The translations under genes and the position numbers were made by a program. Under the pieces are notes generated by a model that had not been told where the DNA came from, did not search any database, and was given only the letters and a program-made list of their open reading frames with translations. DNA of 64,000 nucleotides from Octopus bimaculoides (taxonomy: Eukaryota), in assembly GCF_001194135.2 (NCBI RefSeq), contig NC_068982.1:49406063-49470062 (forward strand), in the 5' to 3' direction. Shown piece by piece: positions 37,393-48,917 of this stretch (positions within the stretch are counted from its first letter, which is position 1; each line of letters opens with the position of its first letter).

Positions 37393-39470
37393 ATAATGAC
37401 ATACATATCTATGTATGTCATTATTCAGTTTTATTTTAAGATTTCTTGCCAATAGAGAAAGAGCTGGTTTCTAACATAGATCCAAGGTTCCTTCGTTGGA
37501 ATTTCAACAACATCAGTAGGGTATTTTTGCTTGTATGTATGTATACATGCAGATTTGTATGTTTTGTTTTATGTATGTATTCTCATGCATATATTGGGTT
37601 GGCAACTAAGTTCCCACCGTTTTTTTTTATTTAAATTTTTTAAAAGGTCTAATAAAAAATAACTAATTAATCAATAATGTATTCACCCTTGTTGTTTACA
37701 ACATCTTCCCAATGTTCAACAAGATTTTCAATATCTCATTGGTAGAAATCACCCAATTTCAACTTGAAAAATTGATCCAACCAAGCTCTCAATTCTGCAT
37801 CAGTACTGAATGAAACTCTGCACATAGCATTTGAAAGAGATTGAAAAAAGTGGAAACCCGTTGGTGCCAAATCAGGAGAGTACGGCGGGTGTGGCAGCAC
37901 TTCCCAGCCATGCGTTTGAATGGCTTCCTTGGTCATATTGGTGATATGAAGGTGGGCATTGTCATGCAGCAAAATAACACTATCTCTTGAATAGCCATGT
38001 TGAGTGGTTCCATTTGTTGAACATGGAGTTCTGCATTGATGGTTTGGTTCTGTTCAAGCAATTCATAATGGATAATCGCTTCACAGTTCCACCATACACA
38101 CAACATCGTTTTACACAGATGAAGATTTTGTTTCACACAAGTTGTCACTTGTTTCCTGGGGCTAAGCCATTCCTTACGTTGCTAGGCACCATTTTTCTCT
38201 GCCAGTAACGATTCGGTAAAGAAATCGTTGCTTGTGTCCATGAGTTGGGTGGTGATGAGCAAGCAGGCCAGTGGAGATTGTGGCTCGTTGATTTTTGTTG
38301 TCACTTAAAGCATGCAGAAACCATACTCCATACTTCTGAACCTTTCCCATCGAGTGAAGATGCTTCTCTATAGCAGTGTGGGAGCATTCCATTTTCTCTG
38401 CCAGTTCCCTTATCGTTTGACGAGAATTTTCGTGCAAAAGTTGGTTTAATTGCTCATCATTGAACTCAACTGGATGGCCAGAACGAGGTGCATGTTTGAG
38501 GTCAAAATTTCCATTTTTGAACTTGGCATACCAATCACGAGCAGTTCTTTCAGCTATGGCACCCTCTCCATACACAGCACAAATGTTGTGAGCAGCTTTT
38601 ATGGCCTTAGAACCTTGATTAAAAGCAAAAAGAAGGAGGTGTTGAAAATGCTCATTTTTCTTAACTTGACATTCCATTTTAATTATCTGAAAATAAACAA
38701 AAATTAACTAAAATTAACTTCAAAAGAAAAACAAAATAAATTAAAAAATGATTCAAAAATAGAATTCTCAAACAAATAGATTCCAAAATTTAAAAACGCA
38801 ATAAATTCCAAAATTTAAAGAAACATCGGGAAATTAGTTGCCAATCCAATAGTTGCGTATCTAGACATGCTCATATATACTTAAATGATAAACTTCTGGA
38901 AAGTTATACAGATTTTTACAAGTCCATTTATGGTTTGAATCTGTAGTCTTCAAATAAGCTTTCTCCTTTCTGGTTTTGAGAAGCCTAATTTCTCACAATT
39001 GGTATTTCGGCAGTGTGTTACATATCCCCATAATTACAAGTGTGTACCCCAATAATTACAAGTATAAACCTGAACTTGTAATCTAGATAGAGCAACTGCA
39101 GATTTCTCAATAGTTCAGTGTAACTATTCTCTTTTTCACTGATCTTCAGCTTTATGTTAACATCCACTTGGCAGCTGATTTCCACAACTGTACAGTTTCT
39201 CTTCTCTATCCCAAATGACTATGTCAGGTCAATCACTTTTACATTTTATTGAGGTCTTCTCCAGGGCGTTCCAGCAGTACTCCTTTTTATTATGAGAGGC
39301 TATGGCTTCTACCATACTGTGGGGTCTTATCTCTTTGTCTTCGGGGTTATCCTTCTGACAGATTTCATTATATGGTGTCCTAGCTACATCATGCCTCATC
39401 AGTAGATAATACCATGATGACATTTTTGGACAACTGCATCAGTTGTCATTTTTTACTGCTTTCCCTGCAT
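37393..39470 (-). mobile_element. 3' end of an RLE-type (R2-superfamily; R4/Dong/NeSL-like) non-LTR retrotransposon, interrupted by mariner
   Basis: Minus strand ...CPKMSSWYYLLMRHDVAR...EYCWNALEKTSIKCK...WDREEKL..VVEISC (end of CCHC knuckle plus restriction-like endonuclease region, with frameshifts); 3' UTR lies on both sides of the mariner. Confidence 0.75.
37594..38849 (-). mobile_element. Full-length defective mariner (mellifera-like), 1256 bp
   Basis: TIRs TTGGGTTGGCAACTAAGTTCCC / GGGAAATTAGTTGCCAATCCAA, TA duplication. Transposase in three frameshifted ORFs (38677-38174, 38148-37933, 37972-37736) with HDNA and HPPYSPDLAPTG (last D lost). Confidence 0.95.
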
Positions 39471-39639
39471 CTCTGTCCCTTTAGTGCATCAAGTATTTGG
39501 TTAGTATTTTCTGTTCCTGTATTGCAAACACATGCCCTTCAAAGTGGGAGGTAGTAATCTGGTTGGTGGTCCATGATAAACTGATTTGATGACCAATGTT
39601 TCTATCATCTTGGAGCTTTCTATTAACATATCCATACAT

Positions 39640-39912
39640 GTGTATGTACGTATGTGCACACACTTGCATGCATATGTGTGTTTGTGCCTCATTGTATCAT
39701 AGTTGTAAACAAATGTCATTGTCATAAACATAGTGTTATTCAATTCCAATTTTCCATGCAAACATATTTTGTCATGGGGGAATATTATTTTGTTTAGAAA
39801 CAACTGAGGTTTGACAATAAGAAGGGCATCCAGCTATAGAAAATTTGCCTCTACAAATTCTGTCTGACCTATGCAAGGTTCAAAAATTAGGTGTTAAAAT
39901 GATGATATGATG
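39640..39912 (+). mobile_element. 3' half of the RTE-tailed SINE
   Basis: AAGGGCATCCAGCTATAGAAAATTTGCCTC...CTGACCTATGCAAG...GTTAAAATGATGAT; homologous to 13750-13988. Confidence 0.7.
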
Positions 39913-40089
39913 TAATATGAATTGAAAATTAATCACAGTTCTATAATATAACATAATTACTAAACAAGCTCAGTTTTGTGGTTGAGAGAGTGCTGGTATG
40001 ACTGTAATTGAGATGTTTTTTTTTGTAGTCATGTAGTTCCATGTTTGATCATAGGCATCAGAACTTTGGACAAATGCATTCTACTGTAA

Positions 40090-40945
40090 CCATTCATTGT
40101 TTTAAGATGATCGTGTTTAATATGAGGGAGAATTAGGTGTCATTTGCAGCAGCTGTTGGTCCCTTCTTGACTCATGCCACATAGTGTATTTAACCATAAC
40201 AAACCAAAATATATATAAATGAATAAATAAGCATGTTATGAATATTAAATTTCCCTTCATTCACTGAACAATAATAACAGTCAATTCTTTTACACAATAT
40301 TTCTTCCTTGATATAAGGCAGCAAGTTGGCAGAATTGTAAGCATGCCAGGCAAAATACTTAGCAGCATTTCATCTGTCCTTATGGTCTGAGTTCAAATTC
40401 TGCTGAAGTCAATTTTACCTTTCAGGGTTGATAAAATAAGTTGAGTAACCTACTTACTCCCTTCCCTCATGTTGCTGGCCTTGTGCTAAAATTAGAAACC
40501 AATATTTCTTCTTTGTTCTTTATAGCAAGATCTGCTTTACTTCATATGGTTCGATGGGGGTGTTTAATGCCCTAAAGAGTATTGCTGTCTCACTCTTCTT
40601 TTGCAAAGATACTGTATCTTAAACAAAATTAATCAATGTGCCCTTTGTCTTTTTTTCTTTTAAACAATTAAGTCTGATATGAGGAAGAATTAGCTGCCAG
40701 TTCCAGCATTAGAAGCTCCCTCCTGGTCACATGGCATATAATATATTTAACTACAACGAAACCAAATATATATAAATAGGTATGTTATAAATATTAAATT
40801 TGTTTCATTCACTGAACTTCAATAGCAATCAATGCTTGTGCACAGTATTTCCTTCTTGTTCCCCACATCAATATCTGCTTTTCTTCTCTTTATCATATGG
40901 TCACATAGGGTGTTAATGTCCTAAAGAGTTTTGCTGTCTTTAGAT
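40090..40945. repeat. Old tandem duplication; SINE-D (40315-40500) present in the first copy only
   Basis: TTTAAC..AACCAAA(A)TATATATAAAT...TTCATTCACTGAAC at about 40190 and 40746; GGTGTT(T)AATG(C/T)CCTAAAGAGT at about 40559 and 40909. Confidence 0.75.
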
Positions 40946-40985
40946 TCATGTATACACCAAGCTTAGTGTTCATATTATTTCCTTG

Positions 40986-41075
40986 TTCTCTCTCTCTCTC
41001 TCTCTCTCTCTCCCTCTCTCTCTCTCTCATTCTCTCTCTCTTTTCCTCCCTCCCTCTCCTTCTCTCTCTTTCTAA
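40986..41075. repeat. (CT)n microsatellite
   Basis: Direct inspection. Confidence 0.9.
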
Positions 41076-41399
41076 CATAAATTCTCATTCAATTTGCCAT
41101 AGACGAACTGAGCTATAATATCACTTCTTTTATATTCATATTGAGCCAGTTTATTGCTATTTTTACCACATGTGCTGTATTTTCATCCTACATAATAGTG
41201 ATTCAATGGTCTTATCTATATGGAATTTGATGTAGTCAGATTTTAGAGCCACTTTCAAAGGCTTTGATCTGATTTTGCTATCCAGGATTTTATCAAATCA
41301 GCAACTTCATCAATCTGTTTGAAATACTCCCTATATAGCATCACTACCACTGCCACCATCGCTCCTACCACCACTACCTTCATCATCATCATCATCATC

Positions 41400-42315
41400 A
41401 TGCAGTGGATTGGCAAAGTCCTTTAAGTGTCAGAATAAAATACCTTGTGGTATTTGGCATTTGTTCTACCCCTTTACATTCTGAGTTCAAATTCTGCTGA
41501 GATCAACTTTCCCTTTCATCATTTTGGGGTTTGATAAAATAAAGCACCAGTCAAATATTAGGATCAATGGCAACAACTATCTCCTTCTTCTCAAAACTAC
41601 TAGCCTTCTGCATAAATTAGAAATTATCATCATCATCATCATCACCATCACCATCAAGGTGGCAGAGTCATTAGCATGCCAGGCAAACTGTTTAGTGTCA
41701 TTTCATCCATCTTTGTGTTCTAACTTCAAATATCTCCATCCTTTTGTGGGGTCAATAAAATAATTACCAGCTGATGACTGGTGAGGAAAATGTAGCTAAC
41801 TTACCCTTTTCCCAAACTTACAGTCCTTGTGCCAAAGTTTCAAACTGTTATTGGCTGCCCTTGTGGCAAAATTTGAAACCATTATTATTATTATTATTAT
41901 TACTTATTTTATTGCCTCAGAAAGGATGAAAGGCAAAGTCAAATTCTGCCAAAGTCAACTTTGCCTTTCTTCCTTTCTGGGTCAATAAAATATGTACCAT
42001 TTGAGTACTGCAGTCAATGTTTTTAACTCGTCTCACCCCCCACCCCCACCCGAAATTACTGGCCTTGTGCTAAAATTTGAAACCATTATTATTGCTAGTA
42101 TTAGTATTATTATTAAAAGGTAGTGAGTCAGCATAATTGTTAGTGGCATTTTGTCCGTCTTTATGTTCTGAATTCAAATGCTGCTGAGGTTGACTTTGCC
42201 TTTCATCCTTTTGGGATTGATAAAATAAGTACCAGTTGAGTAATGGGGGCTTGATGTAATCAACTTACCCACTCCCCCAAAATTGCTGGAACTGTGCCAA
42301 AAATTTGAAACCATA
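41400..42315 (+). mobile_element. Cluster of four to five SINE-D copies separated by (CAT)n/(ATT)n
   Basis: Copies at about 41400-41620, 41655-41885, 41940-42085 and 42115-42315, plus a short inverted piece at 41915-41950. Confidence 0.8.
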
Positions 42316-42321
42316 TTATTA

Positions 42322-42375
<54 letters not shown>

Positions 42376-42377
<2 letters not shown>

Positions 42378-42686
42378 GTGTGAGAGAGCAGTGCATGCCA
42401 TGAAAGTGACACTGGGGTAAAATATATGATGCCCATTATACCCATCATGACTACCCGTCTGATAAGGGTACACCAGGCACATGCATCACAACCATGTGTG
42501 TGCGACATGGTGATTTCATACCAAGATTAACAGCGCATGACCTTGCAGGTAGGGCCCAGTTAGAATTTTCTTCAGATCGAGTAGCCCATCCTGCTCAAAA
42601 GGTCCCTGAATAAGGTTTGTTTAAGGATGTTGAGCAAAACACCCATGTTTCCAAAGGTGAATTATTCAAACCCCATAGAATTCCTC
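42376..42686 (-). mobile_element. Unclassified retroposon 3' fragment embedded in (TAA)n
   Basis: Complex 310-bp sequence with (ATT)n directly on both sides; orientation is inferred. Confidence 0.55.
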
Positions 42687-43589
42687 TTATTATTATTATT
42701 ATTATTATTAGTAGTAGTAGTAGTAGTAGTAGTAGTAATAATAGTAGTAGTAGTATTGACTTTCACAAATATTTGAGAAGATATTGTTATGTTTTTACAA
42801 TTACCTATAATTGATTTGTCCGGGACTAAAATTATCAGCTTAGCAATTCCCTGTATGTTTGATCTTCTAATGTGGAGATTCCTTGTGTTTGCTGATTATC
42901 TGAAATCATTTTTGCATTTCAAAATTCTGAGTGTTAAGGAGTTTTAGGGACAACTTCAAAGGACTGACAAGGAAATTGTACTCAGCTTTACTTATATTAT
43001 GCACTGATATCAAGAATACATATATCTATAGTTATGAAAGTAAAGGGATAGAAACCATGCATATACACAGGCTTGTGCAAGAATTTAAGTGTGTGTGTGT
43101 GTGTGTATACACACACATACACATGTATATATATTCATACAAATATGCATATAAATACATTCAGAGTCAAAGCTAAACACATATAGTTGTATATATGCAT
43201 GTATGTGTATAAAGATCACCAAGCTTATATGTATCCATGACTTTTAAGTTCAACAACTCCAATGCAAGAATATTGGAGTGTGACATTATAATTGGTGTTG
43301 AAGGGAGATAATTATTTTATGAAATTTTTTAAGAAATTTTCTTTTTTTTTATGAATAGCTTAACAAGCAAATTTTTATGAATTTAAACTGAAAAAATACA
43401 TCATTCGTAAAACTGAAAATAAACAAATAAAAATTATTGCATTTGATCATTTCTTTCAGAAATCAAATAAAAAATGAATGAAACACACTAAATTGAAAAG
43501 CATATTTTGCAAGAAGTCAAAATCTCATAATTATAAAATTATCAAATAAATACAACTAAAAAAAGCAATCACCTTTGATGGTATATACA

Positions 43590-43592
43590 TAT

Positions 43593-43668
<76 letters not shown>

Positions 43669-43857
43669 TGTGTCTGTGTTTGTCACCCGATGTTGATATG
43701 TTTATGCCACCGAAATTTAGCAGTTCAGCAAAAGAAACTGATAGAATAAGTACTAGGCGTAGTAAGAATAAATCCCGGGGTTGATTTCTTCAACTAAAAC
43801 CCTTTATGGTGGTGCTCCAGCATGGCTGCAGTCAAGTGACTGAAACAAGTAAAAGAA
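43590..43857 (+). mobile_element. SINE-A 3' half
   Basis: (TA)n(TG)n followed by GATAGAATAAGTACTAGGC...GACTGAAACAAGTAAAAG. Confidence 0.85.
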
Positions 43858-43858
43858 A

Positions 43859-44025
43859 TACCCTGGGTTTCTTGCCATAAGGGATACCTTTATGGTGTAT
43901 CTTAAGACTCTAAGACCTGTTGACCTATAGCCCCTTTATAAATATAGAGGTGGGGCATAGGCCAACAAGTTTTAGGGTATGAAATATGCCATAAAGGTAC
44001 CTTTTATGGTGAGAAACCCAGGGTA
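43859..44025. mobile_element. 167-bp hairpin MITE
   Basis: TACCCTGGGTTTCTTGCCATAA...TTATGGTGAGAAACCCAGGGTA; inner arms also pair (GTTGACCTATAGCCCC / GGGGCATAGGCCAAC). Confidence 0.8.
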
Positions 44026-44290
44026 GCCCTATAAACCGGCCTTCACCAGTAATTAATATATATAGTGAGAGAGAAAGAAAAAGAGAGAGAGAGAGTCAAC
44101 AGATGAGATCCACTGATAGAAAACAGTAGCACTTAAATGATTTGAAGTTATACTTTGAAATTTTTACTGAGGGCTATGCATGCAGAGTAAAGAGTAGCTA
44201 TAAAAGGAATCCAGATGAGCTGGTATGGAGATAATGATGCAATTAAACAAATAAAACCACTTGGACTAGATATATAAAATATACTCACAT

Positions 44291-44688
44291 AGGCGCAGGA
44301 GTGGCTGTGTAGTAAGTACCTTGTTTACCAACCACATGGTTCCGAGTTCAGTCCCACTGCATGGCACCTTGGGCAAGTGTCTTCTACTACAGCCTCAGGC
44401 TGACCAAAGTCTTATGGGTGGATTTAGTCGATGGAAACTGAAAGAAGCCCATCGCATATATGTGTGTGTGCATGTGTGTGTGTGTGCGTGTGTGTGTCTG
44501 TGTTTGTCCCCCCAACATCACTTGACAATCAATGCTTGTGTGTTTACATCCCCAGTTCGGCAAAAGAGACAGATAGAATAAGTACCAAGCTTACAAAGAA
44601 TACGTCCTGGGTTTGATTTGCTCTACTAAACGTGGTGCTCCAGCATGGCCACAGTCAAATGACTGAAACAAACAAAATAATAAAAGAA
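44291..44688 (+). mobile_element. Full-length SINE-A
   Basis: AGGCGCAGGAGTGGCTGTG head through GACTGAAAC tail. Confidence 0.92.
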
Positions 44689-44974
44689 TATATAGATGCA
44701 AGCAGAGAGAAAACAAAGACTAAAAATATTCAGGAAATGAACATTCATGTATGGATATATATAGGTATTTATATAGTAACAAAGCAGTCTTACACAAAGT
44801 ACAAAGACACAAACAATTAAGGGAAGGTAAGGTATTACGGGTCCGACAGCTGTTTCTGGAGGCTCAGAATTACATCATAATGTTGGCAGATATAATTCAC
44901 AAAAAGTTAAGGATATGTAACCAGCAGTGGAAGCATGTAGACATTAGGTAATTTCAGCCATCAAACATTTTCCT

Positions 44975-45207
44975 TTATTCTGTTACTTGTTTCAGTCATT
45001 TGACTATAGCCATGCTGGTGCACCACCTTGAAGGATTTGAGTTGAACAAATCGACCCCAGGACTTATTTATTTGTAAGCCTAGTACTTATTTTATTGGTC
45101 TCTTTTGCTGAACCACTAAGTTATAGGGATGTAAACACACCAACACCAGTTTCAAACAGTGAGTGGGGCACAAATATACACACAAAGATACACACACATA
45201 CACACGT

Positions 45208-45239
<32 letters not shown>

Positions 45240-45240
45240 C
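44975..45240 (-). mobile_element. SINE-A 3' half
   Basis: GTTTCAGTCATTTGACTATAGCCATGCTGG...(CA)n. Confidence 0.85.
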
Positions 45241-45282
45241 AGAAAGGGGGGAATTACAATTATCCCCAATTGGTGAGTTGTA

Positions 45283-45567
45283 ATATATATAAGAAATTAA
45301 AGAAGGAAAAGGCACACACTTTACATAGTCGTAATATAATTTTTAATATGTCTTATATTGTGTTTGTTGACCGCTTTCATTTTCACTAATCATGACATTA
45401 AAATTTATTTAAATATCTATTTTCTTAAGAAAAATCTTTTTGTTCATGTTGTGTGTGGAGTTTATGAATGAATGATTCAACAAGTAAAAAAGTCTAAGAG
45501 GAGGCAACTGGTTATCGTTATTATTGTGGACAGGGGAGATATTTGTTTATCTTTTGGTGAGGGGGTG

Positions 45568-45614
<47 letters not shown>

Positions 45615-45943
45615 AAAATTCAAAAACTAGAGTAGTGGGGAGAAATATGTACAGTGATGGGTATGTAATCATGAATTAAGATATGTATAGAGATGAAAGT
45701 TGGTTATGTGTGCATATTTAGATGTGTTTGTTTTTTTTTATGAATAAATTTTCTTTATTTAAACATTCTTGTATAGAAAGAAACTATATTTTTGCACTGG
45801 TAGAAGGGGAAATGTGTGAAATATGTATTTAAATAAATTTTAATGTCATGATTAGCGAAAACGAAACCAGTCGACGAACAAAATATAAGATATATTAAAA
45901 ATTATATTAAAAATATGTTAAGTGTGTGCATTTTCCTTCTTTA

Positions 45944-45955
<12 letters not shown>
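45283..45955 (-). mobile_element. Short Penelope-like copy with 3' pseudo-LTR and inverted 5' pseudo-LTR
   Basis: ~135-bp inverted repeat (45283-45416 / 45825-45955) enclosing a GIY-YIG C-terminal remnant (minus FPFYQCK...) homologous to 29760-29940. Confidence 0.7.
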
Positions 45956-45989
<34 letters not shown>

Positions 45990-46053
45990 AATATATAAAA
46001 ACAAAAAGATAAAGAGAGCAAAGGTAAGGTTGGAGAAGTATTTTATGGATAGA

Positions 46054-46102
46054 GTCTTACAGATGTTTCTGGGAAGATCCAGTACTTCCCTTCATCGGAG
46101 AC
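46054..46102 (-). ncRNA. Minimal type I hammerhead ribozyme-like motif
   Basis: Minus strand GTCT-CCGATGA-a-GGGAAG(tactggat)CTTCCC-a-GAAAC-ATCT-GTA-AGAC: 4-bp stem I and 6-bp stem II. Confidence 0.6.
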
Positions 46103-46338
46103 AGAAAAAATAAAGTAATCTATTATCATATCCGCCTATGGATATAATAATAGATNNNNNNNNNNNNNNNNNNNNNNNNNNNNNNNNNNNNNNNNNNNNN
46201 NNNNNNNNNNNNNNNNNNNNNNNNNNNNNNNNNNNNNNNNNNNNNNNNNNNNNNNNNNNNNNNNNNNNNNNNNNNNNNNNNNNNNNNNNNNNNNNNNNNN
46301 NNNNNNNNNNNNNNNNNNNNNNNNNNNNNNNNNNNNNN

Positions 46339-46375
<37 letters not shown>

Positions 46376-46377
<2 letters not shown>

Positions 46378-46528
46378 GACAGGCTTCTTTCAGTCTCTGT
46401 CTACCAAATTCACTCACAAGGGCTTTGGTTTGTCTGAGGCTATGGTAGAAGACACTTGCCCAAGTTGCCACACAGTGGGACTGAACCCAGAACCATGTGG
46501 CTTGGAAGCAAGCTTCTTGCCACACACA
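46376..46528 (-). mobile_element. SINE-A 5' half
   Basis: Homology to the SINE-A head. Confidence 0.85.
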
Positions 46529-46974
46529 AGTTACTTTATATATATAAACTATCTGAAAAGAAAGAAGAGCTTCTGGACAAGTGTATATTCCTTATATATT
46601 TCTTCTTCACTGGGAAAGCATGAAGTTATTAAAATATAATTCTGCTTAGAAAACTAAACAAAATAAGGAAAAATAGAGAATGCAAGAGAAAATGTATGTG
46701 CCTGAATATTAGATAAGGAATAAGGAGGTTTGACATTGTGTTTGTGTGAGTGTCTCATGAAATATGTGATCCTGCCTTTTTCTAAATAGTGCATTACATA
46801 TTAACTTCCTCAGCTCAGATCCTTATCAGATTTGTATTTTTCTGGTTAAGTAGATTAAAACTAATCTCAAAACAATAGACATCTTTTTTACCCCACAGTT
46901 AAGGAGTGCAATATGTATATTGATTCCTTAAAGTCAGATTCTTACCAGAATCATATGATCCTTATTACTTAGGT

Positions 46975-47185
46975 TAAAAAGGGCAGTAAGCTGAAAACAT
47001 TGTTGGTGCATTGGACAAAAAGCAAAACAGTATTTCTTCTGCCTAATTAAATTCTGAGTTCAAATTTCTCTGAGGTCAACCTGCCTTTCATCCTTTTAGG
47101 GTCAATAAAATAACTACCTACCGAGTACTGAAGCTGGTGTGATCAACTGAATCCTTCCTGCTAAAATTACTGACCTTGTGTAGGT
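46975..47185 (+). mobile_element. SINE-D
   Basis: TTCTGAGTTCAAATT...GCCTTTCATCCTTTTAGGGTCAATAAAATAA. Confidence 0.75.
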
Positions 47186-47249
47186 TAAAACTAGTATCAA
47201 AATATTAGACATTTTGTGGCACACAGTCAAAGAGTGAAGCATGATACCT

Positions 47250-47700
47250 ATGACCCTTTGCTTATTACGACTTGTAGGAGGAAGGGAGAAAGTTATCTCC
47301 AAACTGGAGATCTGTTTAGAGGATACTCACAAGCCAAATCAGGTGTTGTATAGTGATCTGAGTTAAGAAAAATGTCCCCAGTGCAAATCATACAAGCATT
47401 TCAGTGACAATCTTAAAACATACTTAAAAAGATCAATATTGATACTCACACCAGAGAAGATTTTGCATCAGATAGGGTGCTGTGAAGGAATCTGATTGCA
47501 ATTGGTGTTAAAGAATTTGAGAACAACGGGGTTGCAGACACTGACTTGAAACACGCTGGGAAATACATGGAGGATGTGAACCTTCTCTCTTTGAAGAAGG
47601 CTAGTCCAATGGTGTGTTACTCAGGAGTTCTCATGGTGCGCAGCCGCTTCATCAAATAAGTCAAAAGTGGTGAAGAGACATGCTTCATCACGATAATAAC
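47250..47700 (+). mobile_element. RTE (BovB-like) LINE ORF 3' end, different family from the (GAT)n-tailed RTE
   Basis: PNQVLYSDLS...DNLKTYLKK.NIDT...ASDRVL*RNLIAIGVKEFENN; frameshifted. Confidence 0.65.
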
Positions 47701-47891
47701 AGCCATACATTGAAAACATGTTTATATTGGTAGTATGGCTGAAATGACTCAAGAACAATAACTATAACACCTTTTCCCATGGAATTGCTGCCACCAAGTT
47801 AATGAAGCATGTTTTGTGGGCAGTTTGGATGTGTCTGAAGAAGTGGTTTCCCACTAAGGAAATTTCCTGAGTAACACCCATTGGACTGGCT

Positions 47892-48118
47892 TTAACCCTT
47901 TAGCATTCAGATCCCGCTGCCAAATATAAGGCTCATTTATTCACATCGTTTTTAATTAATCAGGCATTATTTTGTAGTTTCGAGATTCCTATGATGAGAC
48001 TGTTTTCCCTTAGAATAACATTGTAGGCAAGTGTTAGAGATCTGAACTAGATGGTTTGTAAGTAAAAGAGAGAGAATATTTGGGTTGGATATGGCTGGTT
48101 TAAATACTAAAGGGTTAA
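47892..48118. mobile_element. TTAA-flanked (piggyBac-like) MITE family 1
   Basis: TTAACCCTTTAGCATT...AATACTAAAGGGTTAA. Confidence 0.88.
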
Positions 48119-48203
48119 TAAACCACTACATTCTGTGCTTGTATTGATTACTTTTTGCCTGGATCATTACCCAACAATGGTATCTATCTCTACCCATACA
48201 TAC

Positions 48204-48261
<58 letters not shown>

Positions 48262-48475
48262 TTGTTTTGCAAGATTCTTAATGTGAAATCATATATCAAA
48301 ATGCAGTAATCTGGATTCATTTTTACTACTTTTATTGTTATCACTTCACTAGTTAACTAATTAACTAATCAATTTTGTTTGATCAATCATTTGGTTCATC
48401 AGAATCCTTTTTTCACAGTCTGTGTATTTATTGATGATGTGCCCTCATCTGCTCTTTTGTCAATAACTAACTTCG

Positions 48476-48537
48476 TGTGTGTGCACATGTGCGTGTGTGT
48501 GCACATGTGCGTGTGTGTGCACATGTGCGTGTGTGTG
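48476..48537. repeat. 18-bp tandem repeat (CGTGTGTGTGCACATGTG), about 3 copies
   Basis: Direct inspection. Confidence 0.85.
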
Positions 48538-48917
48538 TATCAGACTGAGGCAAGGATCATTGTTTTTGAACAGTAATACTCAGTGAGATAATATTGGACT
48601 AGTTTAGTTCTCTTAACATCATTGTTCATTTTACAATCTATATATTTACTGAGCAATTTACTAAGTATTAAAAACATTATAGATGGTCAAACATAATAGA
48701 CTATAATTGTTGATAATAGTAGCTGCAGCACTGGACAGACCAAGGCTACATTAAAGACACTTATACAAGGTCCCACAGAGTTGAATTGAACTGAGGACCG
48801 CATAGTTGCAAAGCAAACATCTTTATCACACAACCATGTCTGTACCATATGAATGGAACAAAAACGTGGTTTCAACATGGAGCAGTGTTGATAGCAAAAA
48901 GGGTAATTCATTTAGAA

